A DNA stretch of 28,927 bases, taken from a virus. Taxonomy: Duplodnaviria; Caudoviricetes. Shown in pieces: positions 16,460 to 24,785 of this stretch; the first letter of the stretch is position 1, and each line of letters begins with the position of its first letter. The notes under the pieces were generated by a model. That model was given only the letters and a program-made list of their open reading frames with translations. It was not told the DNA's origin and did not search any database. Location: IMG/VR virus record IMGVR_UViG_3300021133_000025, positions 1 through 28,927 of that record; one strand, given 5' to 3'. A program made the position numbers and the translations under genes.

Positions 16460-17680
16460 TTAGGCTGCAACACGGCAAGCGAGTTCAGGGTACAAAGGTG
16501 CCCAGCCATACAACACATCCAAACGAGTAGGAATACTATCGTTGTTAATGGTGTATTGGCGAACCACACGCATGGACAAGCCGATTTCTTTATCACTAGC
16601 ACGACCAGCAAAATGTACACCTTCGGGTAACTCGAGGTCTGCAACTGCTAATGTAAAAGCATTACGGTGCATGATGATGTTTTGTGGAGAAACGACACCA
16701 GTTTGGTTAAAAGGAGTCACAGCAGAAGCGCCAGCCGATGTGATGCTCACGTTCTGGAATTGACCAGCAGAGATCACAGCAGGAGACACGGTCACGCTGT
16801 TACCAGAGATAGCTTTCACCACGAAGTTACGCAGTTTGTTGCTACCGTAGGCTTGACGGTTTTGGGGGTTGACTGCATAGACGTTAGCGATAGTGAATGT
16901 GTCGCCAACGTTAGGAGTGAACGTACCCGATTTAGTCAAGGTCAACACCGAGCTAGAAGCCCAACCAGAGGTCAAGATACCAGTGTCGGTAGAAGTGTTG
17001 ATGGTTGCAGTGCCGGTGTAGTTGCCAAAGGTTTGGCTAACAACGTTCTGATCCATTTTCCAGTTCATACCACCAGAGTCACGACCCATCAGACCTTTGC
17101 GGTACTGTTCGCCGATAGCTTCTTGTGGCACAAACAAACCTTTCAAGCTGTCCACGATGGTGGCAGATGTGAAAGGCTCAACGGTGCAAGAACGGCGACC
17201 ATCACGAGGAGCACCTTCGCTGTCGAGGTAAGCGCCAGCAGTCAGATAAGTAATCAGACCAGTGGGAGGCGTACCAGCAGTACCAACGATGTTGGCGGTG
17301 TTCAACGCAGCCATAGACAAACCATCACGATCTATCTTATTCGCAATAGCTGCCACGGCCGGTTTGAGAACTCGGTCCGAGAACATGTCAAGCGAAAGTG
17401 CTAAATCTTGAGTGGTAAACTGCGTATCCACGTGAAATTGAGTGCTTAAGGTAACAGGAACGCTTGTTTCGTTGAAGTCTTCAACGTTAAGCGCAGGCCC
17501 TGTTGTACCAATGAAGCGTCCAGGACGTCTCACATTGACAGTGTTACCAATTTTGCCGCCAACGACAGCGAATTGGTCATCATAGTTACGGTCGACTTCC
17601 GAGGTGAAAGTCAATTCGTTCTCCAAGACCATCAACGCTTCGTTGGTGATCTTGGAAATGGTTAGGAGTTGGTTACTCAT
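16460..17680 (-). CDS. Major capsid protein, P22 coat (gp5) family
   Basis: MSN.LLT..KIT.EAL..LEN.L.F...V.R.YD..F, KIG.T.NVR.P, FSDR.LKPA...IAN.ID, H.NAF.LA..DL, RLDVLYGW....PELACR. Confidence 0.93.
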   Translation of the reverse strand: MSNQLLTISKITNEALMVLENELTFTSEVDRNYDDQFAVVGGKIGNTVNVRRPGRFIGTTGPALNVEDFNETSVPVTLSTQFHVDTQFTTQDLALSLDMFSDRVLKPAVAAIANKIDRDGLSMAALNTANIVGTAGTPPTGLITYLTAGAYLDSEGAPRDGRRSCTVEPFTSATIVDSLKGLFVPQEAIGEQYRKGLMGRDSGGMNWKMDQNVVSQTFGNYTGTATINTSTDTGILTSGWASSSVLTLTKSGTFTPNVGDTFTIANVYAVNPQNRQAYGSNKLRNFVVKAISGNSVTVSPAVISAGQFQNVSITSAGASAVTPFNQTGVVSPQNIIMHRNAFTLAVADLELPEGVHFAGRASDKEIGLSMRVVRQYTINNDSIPTRLDVLYGWAPLYPELACRVAA

Positions 17681-17720
17681 TTCATTTCCTTTGAATTAAA
17701 TATGAACAAAAAAGGGTCTG

Positions 17721-18626
17721 TCAGCGAATCCGACCTTGTTTTCGTGCTGCTTTCCACTGTGAGTAAGTTCCGTGAAATTGACCGTTTGAGTCAATAGCCA
17801 CATCTGCTACTCCAGCCGCAGTGCGAATCGGTTGAATTGGCGCTGGCGCTTTACTTTTAACCACAGGCTTTACTTCTTCAGACTTGGCTTCAAACCTTGC
17901 CTCCAGTTTCCCCAACTCTTTCATGGCGGCTTTTTCCGTCATACCAGCAATCTTTTTGGCGAGGTCTGAGTTCTCGGCTAAGTGATATAGGATTTTTGGG
18001 CCAACATCACTTTCAAGAATCGCATCACGTACCGAGTCGCTTACAACTACGTCACTTGATGCCACCATATCGTCAAAATCAGGCAATTCTGCTTTGGCTT
18101 GCTGTACCTTTTGACCCCAAGTCTCATAAACTTTTTGTCGTTGGGCAGCAGCTTTTTCCTCAGCATCGCGCCTATCACGTTCCTGAAGCGCTTTTTCTGT
18201 CGAATACTCAGCAAGAGCCTTCGCATATTCAAACGCATCCTGAAACTGGCTAGGTTGCGGTTCTTCGTCAACAAGCGCAGCCTTTTGGGGCTGTGTTTGT
18301 CTCTCAAGAGCCGCTAGACGTTCTTCCAGAGCTTGCCTTTGCTCGCGTTCACGTTGCGCTTCTTTACGCGCTTCTTCACGCTGCTTGGTAATCTCTGAAA
18401 ACCTCCGTTCGAGTTTCGGATTCTGTTTCCGTTCACCCTCTGGCTTGGCTTCCTCTTTCGCTTCCTCTGGCTCACTCCCACTAACTTCTTCCGACACTGG
18501 CTCTGTTGGAGTTTCCTCAACAACAGCCACAGGCTCGGATTCTGTTTGGGCTAAACCCAGTTTTTGTGCATAGAACTCAGCCGCATTTTCGCTAGTCAAT
18601 ACTTGACCTGCTTGGTTTTCGGACAT
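17721..18626 (-). CDS. Capsid scaffolding protein
   Basis: Acidic N-terminus, charged coiled coil, SDVGP.ILYHLA.N, SKAPAPI.P; located between portal and coat. Confidence 0.85.
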   Translation of the reverse strand: MSENQAGQVLTSENAAEFYAQKLGLAQTESEPVAVVEETPTEPVSEEVSGSEPEEAKEEAKPEGERKQNPKLERRFSEITKQREEARKEAQREREQRQALEERLAALERQTQPQKAALVDEEPQPSQFQDAFEYAKALAEYSTEKALQERDRRDAEEKAAAQRQKVYETWGQKVQQAKAELPDFDDMVASSDVVVSDSVRDAILESDVGPKILYHLAENSDLAKKIAGMTEKAAMKELGKLEARFEAKSEEVKPVVKSKAPAPIQPIRTAAGVADVAIDSNGQFHGTYSQWKAARKQGRIR

Positions 18627-18678
18627 ACGTTTCCCAACGATTTAACCCTGTGTACCTCACAGGTAAGGTTTAGTAGCC

Positions 18679-18707
18679 ATTATGCTACTGATTTTATTGA
18701 TTTGCAA
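18679..18707 (-). promoter_or_regulatory. Sigma70-type promoter for the scaffold-coat operon
   Basis: Minus strand TTGCAA-17 nt-CATAAT (-35 at 18707-18702, -10 at 18684-18679). Confidence 0.6.
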
Positions 18708-20799
18708 TGTCTTGATTAGCCTGATTTGCGTAAGCGTATTGTTCCGCATTACGCACTTGAATTTCCTTCTCAAGGCGCTTGGTGTCCATATGGTGAAGCA
18801 GCAATTCCATGATCGCTTCAATTTCCACTTTGTTTTGTGAGGTAATGGCGCGTGTATTTTGGTCGTTAACCTTGACCTCTGCCATTGTCTCTGTATTGTG
18901 TGCCTTGGCTGTCTGGCGCATCAGTTCGCGCTTAGTCTCAGCATCTTGCTTGACTTGCTCGATGTCAGCACGTTGCTTCATGGCAATTTCCATTTGCTGC
19001 ATCTTCTGTTGCATTTCTTGGACTTGCGCCTGAGCCTGAGCCATAGCCATTTGGATTTGTGGTGGCACATCGGACTTCTCATCCACTTTAGACAGCGGGT
19101 TGAGCGTAGCCAAGCGGTCTGCGATAACGTCTGCGCCAGGGAAATCCATGTTCCTGAACCACAAATCGCCAATTTGCGACATAAGTTGTGGGTCTGCCGA
19201 CAAGATAGGCGTGATGGTCTCCAAAGCCTCTTGGCGCTTGCTGTTGTAGCCTGGGCCTGTGTCCATCACCACATCGTAAAGACCCACTGTTAGGTCATTT
19301 TTCATGAGGTTGTTCACGGCATCACGCTCGTTAACCGTCACCAACTCAGGCTTACCGTCATCGCCAATAATCCGCATAACACGCTCGGTGTCATAGATTT
19401 TGGGGATAAGGTCAAGAATGGCACGAGCCACTTGAGCCTGAGATTTACACAGGTTGTCGTAAAAGTCAAAGTTGTTCAGGTCAACTTGCTGTTGTTGACC
19501 GTTCAAAGCCTTGCCTGAGATGTTGCCTTGCTTCAGTTGAGCAGGGTCAAAAACACCCATCAAGACCTTAATATCTTGGTCAATCAGCCCTGTGGCCTCC
19601 AAAATGCCAGCAGGAGGTGGCTCTGGCTGCAATCGAGTAGGTGGTGGCGCTTGACGACCATCAATGTCCGTCTGTTTGTATCTCAACAGCGGGAATGACT
19701 TGATGTTGGCCTGCGCCCAATCGTTTTCATGCCCCTCATCTTGGCCTTCAGCCATAATCCACTTGGCTTTAGGCGCAAGGGCGACCGATTCAGTCAGCGA
19801 GGTCTGCCAGAAGTTGTACATACGCTGTGCATCTTTGGCGTGACGCACCATGCCAAACTTCTTGCGCTTGTCGCCCACAATCACATGACGACCATAAACG
19901 GGAATAATAGGTAGGTATTTACCCGCCCATTCGCCTTCTTCCAAAATTTCATTGGCTGTCAGCTTGCAATACTTGACCGACTTCTTAACCGATTCACGCT
20001 CGTCAATGATCTCGATGCCCATGTTTTCAAGACGCTTGAAAAAGTCTTTGTCAGTCGCAAAGGTAGCAGAACCGTCACTGAGCATATATAGTTTGGCGCG
20101 TTCACGCACCATGTAGTAATACTCAGCAAGGCGAATATCCTCTTTGGTAATCCATTCAGATTGGCTGTCACCAGTACCACGCTGTGTGAACGATGTGACT
20201 TCAGCATCAGGGTAGAGCTTGCTGAAATCAGCCTTACGCATCATTGTTGTAATCAAACAACGCTCTGCATCAGACCCATCAGGCATGATTGAGTTAATGT
20301 CGTAATAGACCGTAAATGGGTTATCAATAGGCTCAATGTAGATTTCTTGGTCAAATGAGTCGTCACTCACGTAATCTGTACGCAGACGGATATAACCCCA
20401 CCCCATGCGAACAGCGTAATCTGTGGCTGTGTCATAGGCGTTATCAGCATTGGAATTGGCTTCAATGTGGCGAATGATGCCTTGGATGACTTGCGCGGTC
20501 TTTTCGTCTGCTTGGCTGTTCATGCCATGCACTTTAGGGCGTGGGCGCTGCTGGCGAATCTGGTTGACCACTTGGCGGCAATAACCATCCAGCTTGTTGA
20601 TCGTCAGCACAGGACGAGATTCGAGGTTTCGGCTGTTTTGCAGTTCAACAGGCCATTGATCGCCGTTGACGAACTTCAAATCTTCCAATGCTTCTTGGCG
20701 ATTCATTGTGTCGGCATCGTTAGCCAGACGCAAAAACTGGATAGCCTCGTCAATTCGAGGGTCGTAATCGCTCAAAGAGCTTTCATTGAATTCAGCCAT
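18694..20799 (-). CDS. Portal protein, P22-like
   Basis: ED.KF..GDQW, RP.LTINKL, D..D.SDA..C, LPIIPVYG, G.VR.AKDAQR.YN.W, YDV..DTGP.Y.SKRQE, Gln-rich barrel. Confidence 0.93.
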   Translation of the reverse strand: MAEFNESSLSDYDPRIDEAIQFLRLANDADTMNRQEALEDLKFVNGDQWPVELQNSRNLESRPVLTINKLDGYCRQVVNQIRQQRPRPKVHGMNSQADEKTAQVIQGIIRHIEANSNADNAYDTATDYAVRMGWGYIRLRTDYVSDDSFDQEIYIEPIDNPFTVYYDINSIMPDGSDAERCLITTMMRKADFSKLYPDAEVTSFTQRGTGDSQSEWITKEDIRLAEYYYMVRERAKLYMLSDGSATFATDKDFFKRLENMGIEIIDERESVKKSVKYCKLTANEILEEGEWAGKYLPIIPVYGRHVIVGDKRKKFGMVRHAKDAQRMYNFWQTSLTESVALAPKAKWIMAEGQDEGHENDWAQANIKSFPLLRYKQTDIDGRQAPPPTRLQPEPPPAGILEATGLIDQDIKVLMGVFDPAQLKQGNISGKALNGQQQQVDLNNFDFYDNLCKSQAQVARAILDLIPKIYDTERVMRIIGDDGKPELVTVNERDAVNNLMKNDLTVGLYDVVMDTGPGYNSKRQEALETITPILSADPQLMSQIGDLWFRNMDFPGADVIADRLATLNPLSKVDEKSDVPPQIQMAMAQAQAQVQEMQQKMQQMEIAMKQRADIEQVKQDAETKRELMRQTAKAHNTETMAEVKVNDQNTRAITSQNKVEIEAIMELLLHHMDTKRLEKEIQVRNAEQYAYANQANQDIANQ

Positions 20800-22095
20800 T
20801 TAATTACCCATCCAAGAGTGTGCGCCGCCATAGTTCTGCGGCACAGATTTTTGACGCTGCCTGCCTCTAGGCTCGTTCACCATTAACCCGATATATCTAA
20901 ATGCGTCTGCACCGTGACTGTAATGGTCATGGAGAGGCGTTCTGCTAAATTGGCCTGTCTCGGAGTCAACTTCATAACGATAGTGTCGAAGGCATTGTAA
21001 CCCTTCGGCACAATTATCTCTATCAAAATAACACGACCTGAATATCGTTCTGGCAGCGTTGATTGAATCCACCACAGGCACACGCTCCAAAACCTTAGTC
21101 TTGTAGCCTGCTGCCCTCACAATGTCCTCAATACTGCGCCCTGACGATGCCAGCGTCTTGTTTTGGGCATCGTGTGGCAACCACAGGGTATCGTAAAGAT
21201 AGCCGTAAGTCTGCATTTTCGCCAAAATGTCGGTCATTGTGGTTTGGTTGACCTCAATGTAGCGAATCAGGCGGGTTTCCATGCCGATAAACTGCACAAA
21301 CCAAACCGAGGTCATATCTGCCCAACCCAAATCAAACACGGCGTGTACAGGCTTAGAGGCATCATATGGCACGTTAGTGATTCGGTTGTCCAACTCAGCC
21401 ATTTGCATTTCTTTGCCAAAGATAGCGCCATCCACCGTCATGCGGCAGAAGCCTTCCCAAACGATTCTATGCGCCGCAGGGTCGCGTGACTTTAGCGCCA
21501 GCATTTCGTCTTTAAGCGTGTCAGGAAACCAAGGGTTATCCGACCAATTGATCTTTTGGACAATTGCGTTAGCAGGTGGGTTAGCCACAAACCGCTGGTA
21601 AGTCTCGTCAGTCTCCAGTTCGGGGTTAAACGTCACCCAAATCTCGGACTGCTCCTTACGAATAGTAGGAATCAGCACGTTCCAGCTATTGCGGGAAACC
21701 GTTTGTGACTCCTCTACCCAACACACATCAACCCCTTCGATAGATTTGACGTTAACCACGTTGTTCCGCAGGCCAACAAAGAAAAACTCTGTGCCGTTCT
21801 TGCCTTTGATGGACTTCTCAGTAATCTCGTAGAAGCCAGCCAAACCCATATCAACGATCTGGTCGCACAGCAGCTTGTGGACTGAATCCTTGATAGAAGT
21901 CTGAAACTCCCGAGCGCAAAGAATCCGCAATGGTGCTTGAGCGCCCTTAATCAGCAATGCTCTAGCCACACCCCATGACTTAGCGCCGCCACGACCACCG
22001 TACAGCACTCGATAGCGGGAATTCTTAGGGTTGAATAAGCACTCCAGCTTGGCTGGAAACTGTGCGTTAGCAATGGCGGTCTTTACGTCACTCAT
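20800..22095 (-). CDS. terL: Terminase large subunit (PBSX/XtmB family)
   Basis: Walker A YGGRGGAKS, CAREFQ.SI.DSV, Walker B CWVEE, TFNP, nuclease DLG..D and SHGADAFRY. Confidence 0.95.
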   Translation of the reverse strand: MSDVKTAIANAQFPAKLECLFNPKNSRYRVLYGGRGGAKSWGVARALLIKGAQAPLRILCAREFQTSIKDSVHKLLCDQIVDMGLAGFYEITEKSIKGKNGTEFFFVGLRNNVVNVKSIEGVDVCWVEESQTVSRNSWNVLIPTIRKEQSEIWVTFNPELETDETYQRFVANPPANAIVQKINWSDNPWFPDTLKDEMLALKSRDPAAHRIVWEGFCRMTVDGAIFGKEMQMAELDNRITNVPYDASKPVHAVFDLGWADMTSVWFVQFIGMETRLIRYIEVNQTTMTDILAKMQTYGYLYDTLWLPHDAQNKTLASSGRSIEDIVRAAGYKTKVLERVPVVDSINAARTIFRSCYFDRDNCAEGLQCLRHYRYEVDSETGQFSRTPLHDHYSHGADAFRYIGLMVNEPRGRQRQKSVPQNYGGAHSWMGN

Positions 22096-22501
22096 TAGGC
22101 TTGACGAATGTGACTTGGATGCCTGTTAGCAATGGAGCACCATCTACCCCTGTAATCTCTTGCTTCACGCTCTCACGATACTTCTTGGGGAATCGTGCCG
22201 CCATGCTTCTTGACCAGATAGAAGCGTTCAAGCGGTCGCTTTCTTTGTTCTCCACCATGTAAGCCATTGCTTGATCTTCCCACCAGAGTAACTCGAAATC
22301 CTTAGCAATGTCCAAGGCTTCTCGAAATTCTGGAAATTCATCACGCCAGCGATACAAAGTAGCAGTTCCAACGCCCAAAGTAGCGCCAATAGCCTCTGTT
22401 GACTTACCGATTTTGCCAAGTTCAATTACTTGGTCGCAATATGCGGGGTCATAGAGGCTTGGTCTACCTACTGGGCGTTTTATTTCAGTCATACTTATCA
22501 T
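22088..22501 (-). CDS. terS: Terminase small subunit (start 22501 or 22492)
   Basis: GRPS.Y.P, HTH LGV...TLY.W....PEF.EA, QEITG.DG.PL terminus; overlaps the TerL start. Confidence 0.85.
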   Translation of the reverse strand: MISMTEIKRPVGRPSLYDPAYCDQVIELGKIGKSTEAIGATLGVGTATLYRWRDEFPEFREALDIAKDFELLWWEDQAMAYMVENKESDRLNASIWSRSMAARFPKKYRESVKQEITGVDGAPLLTGIQVTFVKPNE

Positions 22502-23724
22502 TTTGGCAAATCTTGTGCGTTGAAATACCCTTGTCGGTTTAGATACAAAGCATTTTCTGGTGCAGTATCCATTCCGTAAGGATTTGTTTCAGATTTGTAT
22601 TCAGCAGGAAAATATTGCTTTCTATCTTCGGCATTTAAATTACGTCTAGTTCCAACTTGACGCGCTTCAATTTCCCCACCTAAACGGCGATACATTTGAT
22701 CTGCATTGTATGGCGTTGTTTTTTTATCCAATCCATACATTTTTACCAATTGTTCTGCTTGTGATCTTGAATCTGTGCCATTTGAATAAGCAGGCCAACT
22801 AGCTTGAAAACGAGCTTCTTCATGTGGCAACCAATCTGCCACCCCTTTATCATAATAATTTTGTATTAATTTATCATGAGCTATTCTGTACCAATCAGAA
22901 TTGTTTAAAGGCGATAAACCCATTCTTTGTGCAGTTGATTCAACTTCTTTTCGCCAATTTAAAATATCTCTAGCTTTTGTTGCAGCATCTTGGTGGTGAA
23001 AATCTTGAGATGATCCGCCAACAGCCCAATTTTCGTTTTCTTGAATATTGTGTTGCAATTCATGCAAAATTGTTTCTTTTGCTTTATCTGCTGGCATATT
23101 AGGATTTAATTCAAACCATCCTTTACCTTCTTCAGGCAAAGCCATTCGACCACTTAATTTGCTATCTTTTGGTGTAAATCTAACTTCAATATCTTTTAAG
23201 TGAGGATATACCTCATACAAATCTGGATGATGAAAAATATCTCCCATAGTTACAGGTTCAGCAGTTTTATCTTTGCCTAACTTACGCATTTGATTCATTA
23301 CAGCATCTTCTACTTTTTCACCGCCTTTAAGTTTGGCAGATTCATCTGTAATTTCACGTCTCCATTGATTGTCTATAGGATTCCTAAAAACATTTAATTT
23401 GTTCCATATTTCTTTTGGACTAATACCTGTTTTTTCCATTTTTAATGCAGAAAATGCAATTTTTGGATCAACAGGAGCAAAAATTCCAGCGGGGTTGTAC
23501 CCTTGCGCTGTGTCCAATGCGTTCTGCATTTGGATTGGGCCATTTAGCTTGCCAGTTTGCTGAAATTCGTTCAATGCCGCCGCATCTGATTCATTTTGCG
23601 CCCTTGCCCGATCATTGGCATAGCCTAGCATTTGCTGCAAACTCGCACCTGGATTAGAGGCGGCATCGCTTAATCGGCGTTTGAATGAGTCAGCGGCGCT
23701 GTAAATGTCGGCTAATGTTGGCAT
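22498..23724 (-). CDS. Polyvalent-protein type zincin metallopeptidase (LPD23-like)
   Basis: D.QWR.EI.D, H.DLY..YP.L.DI.V, TILHELQHNIQE.E.WA.GGS (HExxH at 23050-23064), Y.RL.GE.EAR.V..R. Confidence 0.8.
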   Translation of the reverse strand: MPTLADIYSAADSFKRRLSDAASNPGASLQQMLGYANDRARAQNESDAAALNEFQQTGKLNGPIQMQNALDTAQGYNPAGIFAPVDPKIAFSALKMEKTGISPKEIWNKLNVFRNPIDNQWRREITDESAKLKGGEKVEDAVMNQMRKLGKDKTAEPVTMGDIFHHPDLYEVYPHLKDIEVRFTPKDSKLSGRMALPEEGKGWFELNPNMPADKAKETILHELQHNIQENENWAVGGSSQDFHHQDAATKARDILNWRKEVESTAQRMGLSPLNNSDWYRIAHDKLIQNYYDKGVADWLPHEEARFQASWPAYSNGTDSRSQAEQLVKMYGLDKKTTPYNADQMYRRLGGEIEARQVGTRRNLNAEDRKQYFPAEYKSETNPYGMDTAPENALYLNRQGYFNAQDLPK

Positions 23725-23747
23725 AGAAATCCTCGGTTTACCCGATT

Positions 23748-23891
23748 TTATTTCTTTTTAGGCTTCTTAGCAGCTTCTCGCTTTTCAGAGTACGCAATTG
23801 CTAGGGCTTGAGCCTTTGGCTTGCCTACTTTCAGTTCCGTTTTCAGGTTTTCCTTGAACGCTTTGTCTGATTTGCTCTTGATTAACGGCAT
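23748..23891 (-). CDS. 47-aa Lys-rich protein missed by the ORF track
   Basis: AAGGA RBS; MPLIKSKSDKAFKENLKTELKVGKPKAQALAIAYSEKREAAKKPKKK. Matches the MPL.K.KS.K....N...E...GKP..QA.AIA pattern I recall near phage terminase genes. Confidence 0.8.
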   Translation of the reverse strand: MPLIKSKSDKAFKENLKTELKVGKPKAQALAIAYSEKREAAKKPKKK

Positions 23892-24039
23892 CTTTGATTT
23901 CCTTGATCTTTGTTGCGTAACTGCTCACAAACTCTTTGAACGATTCAACCATCTCATAGCTGCCACCGTTCGCTTTCAGCCATTCCATTTGCTTTACAGC
24001 GCAATCGTGAAACCACAATAGCTTGTAGGCTTCGTTCAT
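23785..24039 (-). CDS. Hypothetical protein
   Basis: ATGA-coupled to the upstream gene with GGAG RBS; 3' 107 nt overlap the Lys-rich gene. Confidence 0.55.
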   Translation of the reverse strand: MNEAYKLLWFHDCAVKQMEWLKANGGSYEMVESFKEFVSSYATKIKEIKDAVNQEQIRQSVQGKPENGTESRQAKGSSPSNCVL

Positions 24040-24245
24040 TGTATTTCGCCATTAGTTTCAACTTTTACTTTAGTTGAACGCTCATCAATTGATCTGCGGT
24101 ATTCCAAATGTCTAAGGCGCTTTTCCATCTCAAACTTTCTACCTTTAATCCAATTGACAACTCTTTCTTGATTTTCAAGAATTTGACCAATATGGGTTAT
24201 ATCGGCTCTAAGTTCAATTTCTTCTTCAATATGCGCCCAACTCAT
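24036..24245 (-). CDS. Hypothetical coiled-coil protein
   Basis: Start moved to ATG 24245 (GGAGG RBS, ATGA overlap with the GroES stop). Confidence 0.6.
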   Translation of the reverse strand: MSWAHIEEEIELRADITHIGQILENQERVVNWIKGRKFEMEKRLRHLEYRRSIDERSTKVKVETNGEIQ

Positions 24246-24526
24246 ATTTCCTCCACAAAGCAAATATCTTGCCAACTCATCACCAGATAGCGTTCGCCGT
24301 TTTCTTTAAAGTCGTGATACTTCAAATATTCGTCTTTGTATGTGTCAGCAATCGTGCCAAAGTGTACTTTATCGCCCACATTTAAGCCATGTGCGGCAGC
24401 ATCATCACCCACGGCGGTAATGTATCCAGTAGTTTCCGCGCCAGCCACCATGCTTAAATCCAGCGATTCAGATGTAAACCGCTTCTCAGGCTTGACAATG
24501 ACTTTATCTTTAAGAGGTTTGTACAT
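24242..24526 (-). CDS. groES: Co-chaperonin GroES (Cpn10) homolog
   Basis: KPLKDKVIVKP, G.ITAVG, L.VGDKV.F, GE.YLVM...DI; 94 aa. Confidence 0.85.
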   Translation of the reverse strand: MYKPLKDKVIVKPEKRFTSESLDLSMVAGAETTGYITAVGDDAAAHGLNVGDKVHFGTIADTYKDEYLKYHDFKENGERYLVMSWQDICFVEEI

Positions 24527-24722
24527 TCTGTACCTCTTTCTTTGGGCGACCTGGCTTGCGTTGCATATCTACAACAGGCAGCGCCAGCATTTCAGCTTTG
24601 AATTCACCGCACCAATCTTCACGACTTTTGTTATGGTGGGCTGGAAAACGCCGACAGACTCCTAATGAGCCTCTTTCTGTATCTTTAAAGTAGATACAAG
24701 ACTTACAATGTTCACCAAGCAT
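24510..24722 (-). CDS. Small four-Cys metal-binding protein with basic GRP tail
   Basis: CKSC.YF...GVCRRFP...DWCGEF, then RKPGRPKK; GAGG RBS. Confidence 0.7.
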   Translation of the reverse strand: MLGEHCKSCIYFKDTERGSLGVCRRFPAHHNKSREDWCGEFKAEMLALPVVDMQRKPGRPKKEVQNVQTS

Positions 24723-24746
24723 GACAACCTCTTTTTGTTGTGCCTA

Positions 24747-24782
24747 GAAGCCCCTTGAGTCCCGACTGACTCTTGGGGTTTC
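24747..24782. promoter_or_regulatory. Intergenic stem-loop
   Basis: gaagcccc-tt-gagtc-ccgact-gactc-tt-ggggtttc; no clear U tract on either side. Confidence 0.6.
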
Positions 24783-24785
24783 GCA

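Noticed and set aside
17707-17737. Possible terminator between scaffold and coat (GGTC...GACC-CTTTTTT)
   Set aside because: The stem is only about 4 bp with a long loop, and termination before the coat gene is implausible.
20800-22095. Intein or intron in terminase, portal or coat
   Set aside because: The ORFs are continuous, of ordinary length, and lack splicing or homing-endonuclease motifs.
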